NCBI GenBank assembly: GCA_964016885.1
Contig: OZ024741.1
Location: 138,260,001 to 138,324,000 of the forward strand
DNA: 64,000 bases
Direction of reading: 5' to 3'
Source of the DNA: Eledone cirrhosa
Lineage: Eukaryota
A model generated the notes under the pieces. It searched no databases. It had not been told where the DNA came from and was given only the letters and a program-made list of their open reading frames with translations. Below are positions 28,351 to 44,653 of the stretch, in pieces (positions within the stretch are counted from its first letter, which is position 1; the number at the start of each line of letters is the position of its first letter). Made by a program: the position numbers and the translations under genes.

Positions 28351-28976
28351 GAAAAAAGTAAATAATACACACCTTTCAACAAACATTTTGGAAGTCAGCA
28401 CTTTTCTCTCCAACTTGAAGAGGAAACTACGTATTGCCAAACCTTTCAAATGTTATAGACACCAAGCAGATAAAAACTGTCTGTCTTTCCCGTTCAAAGG
28501 AAGGCAGCGCATATATGATAATGATAATATCAATAATACAACTGGTAGGAGTTTGACCAGACAACGTAGGGGAATATTTAGGTGATGAGACAAACACGGA
28601 CAAAACGAACATGAAGAAGATTAAGAGGGAGAAATGTAAAAAAGAAAAACAATAATGCCAATAAGTATTAGAACATTAAGCAAAAGAAGTGGGCCGAAAA
28701 ACAGGCAAAGGGGAGCAGGAGTGAAAAACGAAGAAAATCCGTTAAGGGAATATATTATTCAACGTTAGCAGCAAGGAAATTATATAAAATGGGACGATAT
28801 TCTTAGAGATGTAAGAATGTAGTGAAGACTAATAAATTGTTAAGAGTATGGTATTTCTCTCTACTATTTTCCATTATCTGATATATTCCTCTCCAGCAGC
28901 TTTGAAGCATTAATAGGGTAAATGTGCCCCTGAAACACAGTGTTGTTTACATATACATACATATTTGCTTACATGC

Positions 28977-29061
<85 letters not shown>

Positions 29062-29065
29062 TAAG

Positions 29066-29115
<50 letters not shown>

Positions 29116-30125
29116 TATATATATGTATACATAAGTATATATATATATGTATAATATATATATATGCTTTTGTTCATTCGTCCCACGTATTCCGTTTTCA
29201 TTTTCGTGTAAATATATATATATATTTATATATATATATATATATAGTGTGTGTGTGTGTGTGTGTATGTGTGTGTATGTGTGTGTGTGCAAGCAAAGAA
29301 ATCTGCTGAAATTAGAAAGCGTTATTAATATAGAGTGTTTCTGCTATTTCATGCTAAGATGCCAAGTCGAATATTATGATTCAGAAATCTATCACAGGAA
29401 TGAAATGGAAAGTTAAATTCTCTGAGAAATATAATAGAGTTGACCTTTTACATACCGCATTTTTTCTCTAGTATCTCTCTACGTTTTACAGTCTCTTAAC
29501 TCTAAAAGAATACAGAACAAGTGATAGGAAAATAACATTATTTATAGAAAATAAATCTGGATGTGGTATTGCCATTTCATATACAACTCTATTATCAATC
29601 ACCCAGTGATAGCGTTACTACTAATTGTTACCAATCGTATTGTATTGTGGAATAATATATGTTTCATTGTTTTACTATGTTCATTATGTGTAGATGCGTA
29701 GCTTGATAGTTAACGTGTTTCTTTTTCCCAAGGGTGCTGTGGTGGATCACCGTAATTTTGTTGTGTCTTTGGGTAAGGCAGAAGCGTATCAAATTATACT
29801 GCAACAATCTCAGAGAACCAATACACTCCCGATTTTTGGCGCGAAATTACCAAAATAGTTGATACCTAATCTTCAAACATAGAGCAATCTGAGCCACATC
29901 TTTCGTATGAAACTGAAAGACATTCGCAACATCTATTAGAGGCGAGTTACAAGTCACCATAGCAACACGTTTCTCCATCTCTCTTGATTTGAAAATGATG
30001 AAACTTGTGAAATAGATGATGACATAACTCATTGTAAATAAACCTTCTTAAAGAATCCAATTGCATTTTCAACTTCTTTTTCCTATATTTTTACCATTGT
30101 GGGACATATTAAAATACCTTACTTT

Positions 30126-30260
<135 letters not shown>

Positions 30261-31572
30261 CATATATATATATATATATAATTACTGATACGACAGGAGT
30301 AAGAATTTAAAAGAAAAGATGTTTGGGAATAGTGTAATTTTCTTTTGATTCATACATATAGCACCGCAGGGGTTGTATACCAGGAATGAATATATTTCCT
30401 ATACTTATATCTTTCAGATTGTGATTTACTGAAGTTCCTTGTAACCTAAAAATACAAAACCAAATATTCCATTCTTTTGCCCATATTTTATTCCCTGTAA
30501 TGTCTTTACAAGTCAGCACGTTGTCTATGTAATCTGGAACGTATTCTATATATCATCATTACGAGGTGATGTGAAAACTTGAAGTAGAAGAAAAAAAACT
30601 ACAAAGATAGGAAATATTGTGTCTATTATATATCTTGTGAACTTTGCAAATACTCAGATTTTCCACAAGAAAATCCCATCACTATACTGGTGATAAGACA
30701 TATGACAGACAGTTTGCTAAATGATTAAGAACCGCACTGTAATATTAATCTGCTAAAATAAAAATAAAAATTTAAATGATATAATGTTTTATCTTCAAAT
30801 CTATGTAAATTAGTAAGTGGTTATATTTTGAACATATATCGCAATAATGTGAAAAGAAATGCAATGATATAGTTTTTATTTAATTTTGTTCATCCAGATT
30901 CCTATATTATTTTCCCAAGTGGTTTTAAGAAGTGACATTTCGCCAATAATACAATGTCGAGGACGGTATATATTTTCAATGATAGGGGAAAATATATTTA
31001 TTCAACACGTTGCTTTATTCTGAAAATAATTCAGTCAATTTTTCATGTCATTTGAAACAAAATCTATATTGTAACTACACCAGATTTTCAAAAGTAACTG
31101 ACTTAATAGAATCAATACAATCTTAACGTTCGTGATTAAAACAGTTTACTGGGACCACCCTTATAAACTCACATACCTGAATAAGTGTCGATTAAGAGTC
31201 GGGATACGATCACATGATCAAACCAGAGCTGATCGATTTGGAAACAAATTGTAATATGTAATCAAGTTTGCGAAAAAGCTGCAATTCTTGTTGTCATTTA
31301 TATACATTCTGCAAACTACAGCCGCCTTAAACCTGTAGCAGAACCTAACGAGAGACGGACAAAGTAACAGCATCGGGTGCTCCGACCAGCGTCGCCGCTA
31401 GTAACTACAAGTACCCACCTAAGTACACATACACAGACACACAGACACAGACACACACACACATACTCAGACATACACACATACGCATCTCTCTCACTTT
31501 TCTCTCTCTCCCTCTCACTCCCCCCTTTCTCTCTCTCTCTCTCGCTCTCGCTCTCTCGCTCTCTCTCTCCCG

Positions 31573-31619
<47 letters not shown>

Positions 31620-31621
31620 CT

Positions 31622-31797
31622 TATAGTCTACTTGGACAGTCGGCCTCGTGATGATCTTTCTGGAATGAGACAGTTCTAGTCCTGTAGAAGCCATTTCTAT
31701 ATTAGATATTAATAAATATTAAATATTAAATATGTATACTCTGCTATATATTGAGTACCTTACTTACTGTGGTTTCCCCCAAGTGAACCCGGGATAA
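31622..31797 (+). mobile_element. PLE terminal fragment with a decayed hammerhead (31642-31692)
   Basis: Homologous to the reverse complement of 63620-63757; core mutated to GUGAUGA/GAGAC. Confidence 0.75.
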
Positions 31798-31800
31798 ACT

Positions 31801-31832
<32 letters not shown>

Positions 31833-31839
31833 ATATAAC

Positions 31840-34466
31840 ATAGATCGAAACGACCCCAAACAAAACTGGTCGATCTGATCTGGGACCTCAAGAACAGGAA
31901 TATTGAACCCCAGATCTCGTGGTCAGTAAAAAGACGTGTGGCATACATCCCCAGTGACAGAAACCACTGCAGATTGTACCTAGCTGAGGCGGCGGAAATA
32001 ATTAAACTTGATTCCGCCATAAACTATAGGTCGGACTTAATTGTCAATTGCAGACACACTAGGATGCACACCTTTTCTGCACAAACTTTCGCGGGAAGAC
32101 CACGCACTAACCATGACCCACCATAATAATAACCACAGCTGCCCCGTATCACCATCGCCCATCTCAACGAACTTTAATTCTAATCTAACTTCACTTTATC
32201 TTATTTCATTGCAATGAATTTAACCATATGTAAGCCCGTATTTTGTATATCATGCCGCATACATAACCCACACCAAAAATCAAACTAACCATGACACACC
32301 ATATTAATAACCACCTATACCCGTCTCAACATCGCCCACCTCCATGAACTTATCATATTGTACTCCATGTTACCATTTCTAAGCCCGCATTTGTATATCA
32401 TGCCGCACACATCACCATCACCACCACCAAAATTCACATCAACATACACACCTCATAGTTGCAACATCGTATTAAATCGGTATCCACAATGACAAGGGAC
32501 CTTGTAAATACAATGTCGATCATATCACACCATCGCCACCACCACCACACCATACATCGTCATATGCCTACCATACACGCCTACAACCTCATACCCCCAT
32601 GTTACCTCTATCTACCCTAACCTACAACCCCACGCTAAATTCGACCCTCTAACTGTACTGTCGCACGCACACACAACCACCGCCACCACTAAATACATCC
32701 ACATACTTCAACAATCATTATCATTAACATCAACACATATCATCCCTCGCTCCCAGATCGACTGTATTATATATCCCCCACCCCACGTCTGCCTACCCTA
32801 TAACACACCGTAACCTCTGATAATGTAATCATCTTGTCGAACATATCACCCCAGCACCACCACCAACACCATATCCACAACACACATCGCCGTACGTCCA
32901 TAAGCGCTTTTCCCCCGCGTTCCCTATGTCACCTTTTAACCGGTATTCGATCCGGTATATATATTTTTCTCCCTCACAACTCCACCACTACCACCACAAA
33001 GCACAACTCCATACTTCATCAACACCGACAACACATACCTCCACTCCCCAACCAACAATAGTGTGTGTGTCTGTGTGTAAGTATTTTTACTCATACGGGC
33101 GTTTAAGTGTGCGTGCGTGTACGCATGTTCATATGTATGTGTGTGTGTGTATGTGAACACATGTGTATGCATATGTCTATGTGTGTATATATATATATAT
33201 GTATATATATGTGTATGTGTATGCGTATGTGTATGTGTGTGTATATATGTATGTGTATGTATGTGTGTGTATGTGTACGTCTGCATATATGTATATGGGT
33301 AAATCTGACTGTATGTGTAGGTGAGCTCATATATGTGCATGTATGTGTATATGTGCGTGTATATATGTGTGTTGCCGGTAAATGTGTGTGTATATATATA
33401 TGTATATATATATATGTGTGAGTATACGTGTGTGCGAGTGTGTATGTGTATATCTTGCATACATGAGTGTGAGTCCATGTGCCCATAACCATGTGTATGT
33501 ATGTGTATGTATATATGTAAAACACCTTCTACATTGCCTCTCACCTTCCCCCCATATCTGTCGTTTGCCCCCCCCCTACTGATACTCGCCCACTCTCCAT
33601 ATTCGTGTCCGCATGCGCGCATACACATACATGTGTGTACATATACATATGGCTGTGTGTGAGCGTATGTCGATATGTGTGGGCAAGGATGTGCGTATGT
33701 GTTTTATGTTGTGTGTGTTTATACAACAATATATGTGCACATATATACATATATATATGTGTGTGCGCATACATATATACAAGGTATCAGTCAGACGAAG
33801 AGCGTCTAACTATGTATCTATGTAAGGACCTGACGCCACCAATACATCCTCCACACCACCACAAACGCCGCTACCATAGACAACGGCACCACTACCACGC
33901 CCCCACTACACGCCAACCCGTCTACTGACAATCCACTAACCTCATACCACAGCCCATCCCACTAAATAACCTTAACCACCACCATATCATCACATCCACC
34001 CCCACATAATCTACACGCCAAGGCCAACCCACCCCCACCACACCTCAGCCCACCTCATCCACAGACCGTCACCAACATCTCACCATCACACCCGCCCCCA
34101 TATACACTACATGCCAGTACATCGCCTTGATCCTTCCCACCAATCAAAACAACTCATTTTGTCAAACTCTTGAAACTCTGACTTTACCACATAGCATGTA
34201 TTTCATTTTCTTATAGCATTTTAAGAGGGTCCGTCGAGCTGCTGATTATTGAGTCGGGTAGGATCGATATAGATCGAACCTTGAGCTGATCAGTGGTGAA
34301 ACGCTCGTCACCTATCAATAAATGCAATGAAGGAATAATCAATCATCCTTTTTATCCTTTCTATATTTTACACTCTGTATAGCTCTACACATCATCACAG
34401 AAGTGAACCTAAACATCGAGTGCTCACGCGGGTGAACCTGCAGTAACTCCTAGTTACACCCACTGG
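31840..34466 (+). mobile_element. PLE 3' portion: C-terminal half of GIY-YIG (31840-32126), long CA-rich 3' region, and terminal hammerhead-like motif (34226-34313)
   Basis: TKLVDLIWDLKNRNIEPQISWSV...HCRLYLAE...NYRSDLIVNCRH aligns with TALSGNIWDLQDNNITYNLTWSL...CNLCSDE...NKKDELVTACKH at 61.5-61.8 kb; flanked by (TA)n. Confidence 0.75.
32105..32412 (+). repeat. Diverged tandem duplication (32105-32263 / 32283-32412)
   Basis: Shared blocks ctaaccatgac.cacc..at.ataaccac, catcgccca, taagcccg..tttgtatatcatgccgca. Confidence 0.8.
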
Positions 34467-34588
34467 ATATATACATATATATATATATATATATACAAAT
34501 ATATATATATATATAAATGTATATGTATAGACTTCATATATATATAGAGAGAGATTACAGTAATCAAAGTTCAGTTTAAGTCATTTAT

Positions 34589-34637
34589 TTGCTTACAATT
34601 GTTTCCTCCAAACCGAGGTTTGGATTCTTCGGAGCAA
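34589..34637 (-). ncRNA. Hammerhead ribozyme, CCGAAGA core variant (antisense arm copy)
   Basis: Exact reverse complement of 35528-35576. Confidence 0.7.
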
Positions 34638-35527
34638 CTATTTATAACATACTTGACCTCCTTTTCAACCCAAGAGACATAAAATATATACACCCTTGTA
34701 CTTCTCAATGGACAACTCTCTAACCTATAAATGGGTAACATACTCTAGATATTAGTTATAACTTCACATGATAGGCACCTATTTGAATCACCATTAATGT
34801 AGTTTAGCATAGTAATGTAACTAAGATAACTAGCTAGTTACCTCCCTTTACGCATTAATTCCCCTTAGTCATTCAGGCACTTCCGGAATCTGGACAGTAT
34901 GATATATTAATTAAGAACCGACTGGATACGGTTTATAGCTTGACTATATGCTGAACCACCGTGAATTATACAATAGACGCGTGTTCTCTATATATATATT
35001 GCGTCTCATGGATTATGTGAGTGGTGGTGTGAGCAAGGACAGTGGTACGGCCTTGCCTACGATACAATAAGGTTTATAGTATGTTGAAGGTTTTTGATAT
35101 TTTGGTGTTTCCCCGCATCCGAGACTGTATATCATACAGATGTATGAGTATAAATGACTTAATAATTCAGCCTACATAATAAGATTGATTGCCAGCTTCA
35201 ACTGCCTGACCCTGCAAATATCATTCTGACGCACTCTAATCATGTATAGATAAGACACGCGTGCATGCTACACGGGAGATTGTTTCATACACTGACTACT
35301 CTAAGCTTTCCTCTTGCTTTATCTTCATAGACTGCCAACGCTTCATGTTTATCTTTATTTTCACTCTTATTTTCACTCTTGTTTTTATTTTATTTTTATC
35401 CTGTAACCTTTATATGTAAATTGCCATGCTATATCATTTGATGAATGTCACCCCACTGTTGATCAATATGCGCATATGTTTTATGTGTCTCTTGGGTTGA
35501 AGAGGAGGTCAAGTATGTTATAAATAG

Positions 35528-35576
35528 TTGCTCCGAAGAATCCAAACCTCGGTTTGGAGGAAACAATTGTAAGCAA
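35528..35576 (+). ncRNA. Minimal type I hammerhead, CCGAAGA core variant
   Basis: Helix I UUGCU/AGCAA; CCGAAGA; helix II uccaaacc/gguuugga; GAAAC-AAUU-GUA with palindromic ACAAUUGU. Confidence 0.75.
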
Positions 35577-35809
35577 ATAAATTACTTAAACTGAACTTTG
35601 ATTATTGTAATCTCTATATAACTGCTCTGTAAAACAACTGATGTTATTACATTGAGCTATTTATCTTACTGGTAATAGGATAGTAATTAATGACTATCTC
35701 TAACTATTTAGTGTTTGTGTATATATAATATATTACCATTAAAGGTTTTATTGCATACATAACCATAAATAGTACCCTTAATACTATATATATATATATA
35801 TATATACAA

Positions 35810-36300
<491 letters not shown>

Positions 36301-37899
36301 TATATATATATTTAATTCCTTATATATTTGCTTCATCTAACATCCTAATTTCGTACTTTTCGTCACCTCACGTAGTTGTCCTGCTCTCCCTCTATGACTT
36401 TAGGATAATTGCTATCTTGCTAATCCACTAATGGAATACAAATTCGATGAGGAACTTCAAATATATGCATGTATGTATCTATGTATTCATGCATAATTCT
36501 GTGTATGTATGTGTGTATGCGTACCTGTGCGTGTGTGCGATTATGTAAGCAAGTATAAGTTAATTCAGAAATATATAGGGAATTAAATACATATGTATAC
36601 ACATTATACATAAGGGCCTATGCAAATATATATGATAGACAACTACTCATTAACTGTGAGTTTATAAAATATAATCTTTTAGATCACAGCATATCATTGA
36701 ACAGCAGCAAATTAAATTAGGCATTTCCAATATCTTCAGTCTTGCTATAATTCTTAGAAGATAGATAGAAGGAGGATAGAATTCCGTAATGAATGATGTA
36801 GTTATCTGATCTCTCCTTCACACGGTGAGATAACTTTATTGCTGACCTGGCAGCCATTATCACATTGTTTCAATTTCATCCCTATTTTCATTTAGTTTAG
36901 ATAATCTTCTTTGATGTGCCACTGCAGAAAACTTAGTTTCCAATAAAGTTAAGATACTTTGCACAACCTGAATCCATGCGTCAATGTACCTTATTTTAAT
37001 CGAAATATTTGCACGGAGCTTAAATTGGATTCGGTGATAGTGTCATTTACTATAGATTATTTTGCTTCTTCGTGGATTTCTTTTAATTAATTTAAATATT
37101 TTAGTTATTTATCTGTGGCCTTTATCTTTAGTTGGTGTGTTGTGTCCATTTTGACGCTTCATTAGATGAGACTGTCCTTTCATCGTTCATGTGAGACTAA
37201 TTACTCAATTCATTCTCTACCATTCTATGAGTGAGTAGGGAGAACATTAAGAAGGTTTTCAGATATTCAGCATGCCACAAAAGCTGTGTAACAGAAATGT
37301 TCGATAACACCACGATCACCTCCAGTAACTAAGCACACTATAATTTATAACACTGAATACAACGTTAGCATTTTAATACAAAGCAATAGTTTAAATATTC
37401 AAAAGGATACTTTTTTGCTGAGCCTGATCCAATTAATTCACAAATAAATCTAGTAATGCCCATAGGAATAACATCTTCCCTACATACATTTTGAACCTTA
37501 CATTTCTTGAGTGTTCCTCCTCAATGGAATAGTTGAAATCAAGAATATAATATTCCTTATTCATCTAGAATCAACCGAATGTAAAACCGTTGTGAGTACA
37601 GTGTAATTGCAAGGGAATTATTTATTCTGCTGGCTTCACATCCTTCATATGCTATGGTAGTTTAATGGAAACGTGAATGAAAAAAGTGGCATTCAAATAT
37701 ACTCCAACTACAACAAACACTAATGTAAAATATTTGTAAAAGAAGATAAAAAAATAACAACAATGCGTTCAGATTTTAACGTGATGTTATGTCTATCTAT
37801 ATTTAAAGGTGATATATATATGTATATAAAGTCTCCCAGACTACAGAACATAAAACAGGATAGGCAATGATTCACTTCAGCGTAGAAATACTTGTGCTA

Positions 37900-38780
37900 G
37901 CCTTGGCTGTCATACCTTCGGGGACAGGATTATGCAAAGCAATACTCCCACACGGTGTGATGACGGCAACCTCGAGACAGGGCAGCCTCCGCGAATCCCC
38001 ACCGACCAGAAAGGACCCAAACCCAACCGTTTAGTAGCATAACTAGACATTGACGGATAATCTGTTATAATACGCCACATTCCGTAGGACTGTAGACGAG
38101 CCTGGCAGGTTTACTTTATAGGGCGTTAGATAGATGCTTTCCAAGGACTCATAGATACCACAGAATAGGCACACTGTGAAGCTCTCGTATTCAACCACAC
38201 TCAAATTATGCTGGCACATAGCTAGAACCTACTAATACTAAGGAGTTTTGGGTGTGTGATTACTAGTACTACAATGAATCAATCTATTTTTGTAGGGTGA
38301 GCGCTGACCCCGGCACCGCTCCGGCGAACACTGATAGCCTTTGGGGACCCTCTGAGAATTTCTTTGACCGACGGCTCCGGCCTATCCGTTGGCCATCGTA
38401 CAGCCGATGCACTGGTGCAGACAAGATTATGCAACTGCAGGAAACTTGATTGATGTCTGCTTGGTAATAAATGCCTGGTAAAAAATATAGTTTACCAGTG
38501 CAAGGTAACTCGCTGTATAGGAGCGGCGTCAAATAATGTGAGAACAGGTAGTACAATCACACCACTCCTTAAAGAGGATACATAAACGAAAGAGCTGATA
38601 TGGAAGCCTAAGTTAGATAAGATACTGTACTCTTTGGATTGGTCCAAGATTCGCGAGGAACCCCCAGATGGAGGTGACACCTGCATTTCCAGTCTCTGCC
38701 TGAATGAGACCCTCGAGATACTCAGGGGGAAATAATTAACGGAAGAGCTGACATCTTTGGTGCTTGTCTGCACCTCGGAT
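37900..38780 (+). pseudogene. Decayed PLE linker + GIY-YIG endonuclease
   Basis: Manual translation IICYNTPHS...CFPRTHRYH..TVKLSYSTT, CNCRKLD*CLLGNKCLVKNIVYQCKV, LIWK..LDW, SLCLNETLEIL..GACLH; colinear with 60982-61780. Confidence 0.8.
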
Positions 38781-40247
38781 GGAAACGTTTCTCAAGCTAT
38801 ATGGGAGGCAACTCTATATCTTTGCATTCTAGGTGGACTCATCCTCCTGTTTCCATCCATATTCATCTCTAAGTACTTTCTGGTGCCGCTCTAGGCTTTT
38901 AGTAGGCCTAAGACCTTGTCACTCTACATTAGTTATATGAATTTACCAGTAGACGCAGCTTAAGGCTAAATTAGGCACACTAGAACCACTGCTGGTTTCC
39001 CATACGTACATTTATTCAACCTCCTCTCCTGGATAGTTAACGTAGAATTCTTCAATGTAGTACTATTTTACCTACTATAAAGGCTAGTTAGCTATACCTT
39101 TTTTAATCCCCACGTCCTTAGTAAAAAAAAGCCCATACTTCAGGATCGGTTTGGAGATCTTTGGCTTTCAACTTTTTTCGCGCGCATTACTTAAGAGCAC
39201 TGAATGTAGTTCTTACTAACGACTTTTCATTAACTATATTAATACTAGGAAACCCATTTATATCCCCACCGCTACAATTTTAAAGGTGCTACGTTTTTAG
39301 TACCAGTCCACTATTGGGGTCGATTCTTTCTCTAATGAAAAAGTCAGTTGTGGAGAGGGTTGGGTTCCGTTAGGTTGAAAGGTGCAGTAGACACCCCCGT
39401 TTGGCAGTGCCTCTACGACTCCACAATAAGTCGTGGGATCTTTATCGTTTATCCATACGCTTTTAATATATTTAATATCTGTACGACTATCAATTTTGTG
39501 ATATATACTATATTAGGTGTTGGCATATTCTGAGATTGGTATATTTAACATATCTCACCTTTTGTCTTTTTAGTCTGTTTTACTTTGCATCTATTCCTAT
39601 ACCTGTTATGTATTACTTCTTTTATGTATTTCTTTGAATGTATTCCTTATGTCTTGTTACTAGTATCCATTCGATCGTCAACGTTAATTGTATTTTATTT
39701 CATTTCTATTTGTCAATCTTGATTCTCACTTTTGCACCCCGCCTCACTAATATGTATCATATAGTAGCTAAACTGGGTTTATTATCACTACTGCTGCTGC
39801 TGTTACAAGCAGTGATATCGATTCCTACTGCCTTATCCTATTTAATACATAAGCTTATTGTACGGCCTTGACTGTTATTGTTGTTGCAGTAGTTAAATCT
39901 ATCTCCCAAATCTATCGCATTTTAAAGTTGATCATTATGTAACTCTCTATCGTAAAGCTATTTACAGATAAGCTGAATTTTGTGTGGGTGGACGATCTCA
40001 GACATTGATTCACAATGGAATTGAGAAAGGCTAGTGGGATATAGGGTTGGAACTATCTCTGAACAATGGCTAGATGTCTTGTATACGCCTTGAGCTGATG
40101 ATCTGAAGCTGGTTATACTAACTCATATGTCAGGTGGGCTTTCAGAGGGCAACATCAATAACACTAAAAAGCCGACGGCGTATCAATGAAAGGAAACAAC
40201 ATGAATCATTTTTATTTTTATTCATATAACCTTTTGTTCACTTACTA

Positions 40248-40306
40248 GCTGTCTGACGAGGCCATAAATGTTACATAACAGTTCTCATCGAAATATGTGT
40301 AACTGT
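40248..40306 (+). ncRNA. Partly decayed hammerhead (similar to 53345)
   Basis: CUGACGA 40253-40259 ... GAAA 40290-40293, UAUGUGUA; imperfect helices I and II. Confidence 0.55.
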
Positions 40307-40480
40307 AAAGAATACATGCGTTAAATTTTAACCTGTTAACTTCTGCACCATTATTATATATGTACTCCAGAATATGCAGGCCTGCATGTATACATCGTCG
40401 AGTTCTCTGTGTAGCGAACACTACTGTTAGTTGTTTAACTAACACATATTATTCCAAATATACATATATGTATGTAGTAT

Positions 40481-41665
<1,185 letters not shown>

Positions 41666-41667
41666 TC

Positions 41668-41708
<41 letters not shown>

Positions 41709-41819
41709 GGTGTGTGTGTGTGTGTGCGCGTGTAAGTCTGATAACAGAAATAACAAAACAAACGGCACATTACATGGAAGAAATATATTAGTTTAAAGAT
41801 TGAAATAGCAGGAAGCGAG

Positions 41820-41855
41820 TCTTAACGTTTCGGACACTAGTCCTTCATTAGAAGA
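41820..41855 (-). ncRNA. Ultra-minimal hammerhead with G5A mutation (probably inactive)
   Basis: UCUU-CUAAUGA-A-GGAC-uagu-GUCC-GAAAC-GUU-AAGA; helix III reduced to the palindrome AACGUU. Confidence 0.65.
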
Positions 41856-42217
41856 TAGAGTTAGAAATAGAAGATAAATAGTAAACCGTGATGAGAGGAA
41901 GGAAAGGTGAAAATGGACCACCTGGTGTTTTGCACTTCCATGGCATTGTAACGCCGGGTGGCGCACTATCTTACCCAATGGTAACTCAAACGAATTCAGG
42001 AACAGAATACTCATTACAGAATCAATGGTGTAGTGACAATATTGAACAAATTAATTAGCGTTATCTAAAAAGTAATCGATCATCGAATCAATTATTAAAA
42101 AATATAAAAATAGTGATATATCCCACAAATGACGAGAATTAATCTAATACGAGATCACAGGTAATGTTTTATTAAATAAATTTTAAAGGAAGTACAATAA
42201 AAATTGAAAAACTGTAT

Positions 42218-42295
<78 letters not shown>

Positions 42296-42433
42296 GGTGC
42301 GTGTGTTTCTTATTGGCAACATGACCCTCCCAAAGTATAACAATATCGGTTTCAACACACGATTTCAGATAAAGAATCTTGCTAAACAAATTCAGAAACG
42401 AAATATATATATATATATATATATATAAATATG

Positions 42434-42467
<34 letters not shown>

Positions 42468-42470
42468 TAC

Positions 42471-42524
<54 letters not shown>

Positions 42525-42545
42525 TTTTTCAATATACATATATTA

Positions 42546-42592
<47 letters not shown>

Positions 42593-42593
42593 T

Positions 42594-42680
<87 letters not shown>

Positions 42681-43106
42681 TACGATAATTTTTTCAGATA
42701 TGTTTATTCAAATTTACAATATCCTCATTAAAACAGTTTTGTAAAAAAAAAAAATGTTTATACGAGGCGTTTCTGATTTTTATGGTTTAGAACCTATTGG
42801 AAAATTGAAATTTCGATATTAACTAAAAAGTGTGTGTACTTGTAACGCATATTGCGTTGTATTATTGCACTTGATAATGTATTATATAAATGATGAGATA
42901 TATACTAATATAAGATTATACGTAATGTTGTATGAAATAAATGTTAACGAAGTATAATAAAAAGTGAAAACTAATAAAATATTTTTAATTTGAATATTAG
43001 ACATATTATTAGAATAGATTGTTATTTCTAAAACATTATTTAGCAAACCAACTCGTGGTATGTCGTCTTAAAATTTCACTATATATCATGTATATAATAT
43101 ATATAT

Positions 43107-43227
<121 letters not shown>

Positions 43228-44437
43228 TAGCAGAATGAATCAACGATTGAAGTAGGTCACTTCCTTCCATTTGCTCAGTCAAGAGAAAAACTTTCGATTG
43301 AAGTTGCTTCATAGTATTAGCAGACAGAATATTTAAATCGTTGAGGGTTGAAAGATCCAGTCCAAATTTTAGGGTTCATAGTTGCCTATGGCCATATTTG
43401 TCCAGCCCATTCGCAATAATATGCTACATGGTTAGTGTACCCAACAAATTAGGAAATCTCTATCACTAAAGATGCAATGATGAACCTATCAGAAATTGGT
43501 AATTTCTTTAACAGTTCGAGATTACTCTTCTCAAACAATACAAATGCTTTACACTAAGAATTTAGCTAATAGTATTTAGCAATGTATCATATCACGTTTA
43601 CCTCATATAACTCATAAACTCTGCTCATGGTTTTTGTTTCGAATATCCATAAAATAAGTGAAGGTAGGTGGCATATCCATTAGAGTGAAATCCATATTCT
43701 AAATCATTATCATGTGTTGATTTCTTTCAGAAATACGTGAACACTTGTGGAGCAATTCTAAGGCTCATAAAAAAGAATCGTTACGTAATTTTATTTATAT
43801 ACCTCAATTATTTGAGAAGTTTAAGCTTTCTTGATACGGATGCAAATGTATAAACGTAACATCTTTCTCTAATTTCTCTAAATTTCTTTCCAAATAATTT
43901 TGAAGCAATCGATATTTGTGAAGCACTCATACATATTTGTAATTACCATTATAATTACCATTCTCATTGATTTCGTTTACGAAGAAGAACTATGTATCAG
44001 GTGTAACTCACGAGAATTTCTCTTGGCATAAACGAAACATATCTTTCAAGCAAGAATGTTTCCGTTAAATTTATAGATTAATGAATTATTACTTTTGCTG
44101 TTAAAAGTAATAATTAACACTGCAGAAGAAAAAATAAATTTTGTTAAATAATTTATGCTGAAAATTTGATTAATGGGTGTTTCATTCTACTGAACAGTAA
44201 TGTAAATAAACAAGCACATGAATGTTACAGTTATGACGCTATTATCATGTGAAATAGTCATTGTTGATAACGGATATTAAATAGCCGTGTGGCATGCCAA
44301 TAATTGAGTGCCTTCAGTTTTCAAACCTTTAAAAGCTCGCTAGTGTAAAAGTGAAAAGTAGTAATTATTTAGCAACAGTAATTATTACATCCAATCGATC
44401 CAATGCTTCTGGGTATCACAACGACACCGTCATTGCT

Positions 44438-44438
44438 A

Positions 44439-44498
<60 letters not shown>

Positions 44499-44527
44499 AA
44501 TCTATCTATCTATCTATCTATCTATCA

Positions 44528-44567
<40 letters not shown>

Positions 44568-44571
44568 CTGG

Positions 44572-44606
<35 letters not shown>

Positions 44607-44653
44607 TGATAGATAGATAGATAGATAGATAGATTGATAGATAGATAGATAGA
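44438..44653. repeat. (TATC)n/(GATA)n palindrome centred at 44567
   Basis: Variant units CAA at 44498 and 44526 are mirrored by TTG at 44634 and 44606. Confidence 0.92.

Larger units (their letters stand above)
34549..35785 (+). mobile_element. PLE fold-back element (arms 34549-34684 / 35478-35618)
   Basis: Near-perfect reverse-complement arms, each containing a hammerhead; (TA)n flanks; second locus at 40723-41665. Confidence 0.8.

Noticed and set aside
40083-40183. ATACGCC/GGCGTAT enclosing CTGATGA and a hairpin
   Set aside because: Core spacing and GAAA/NUH cannot be assigned consistently; too decayed to call.
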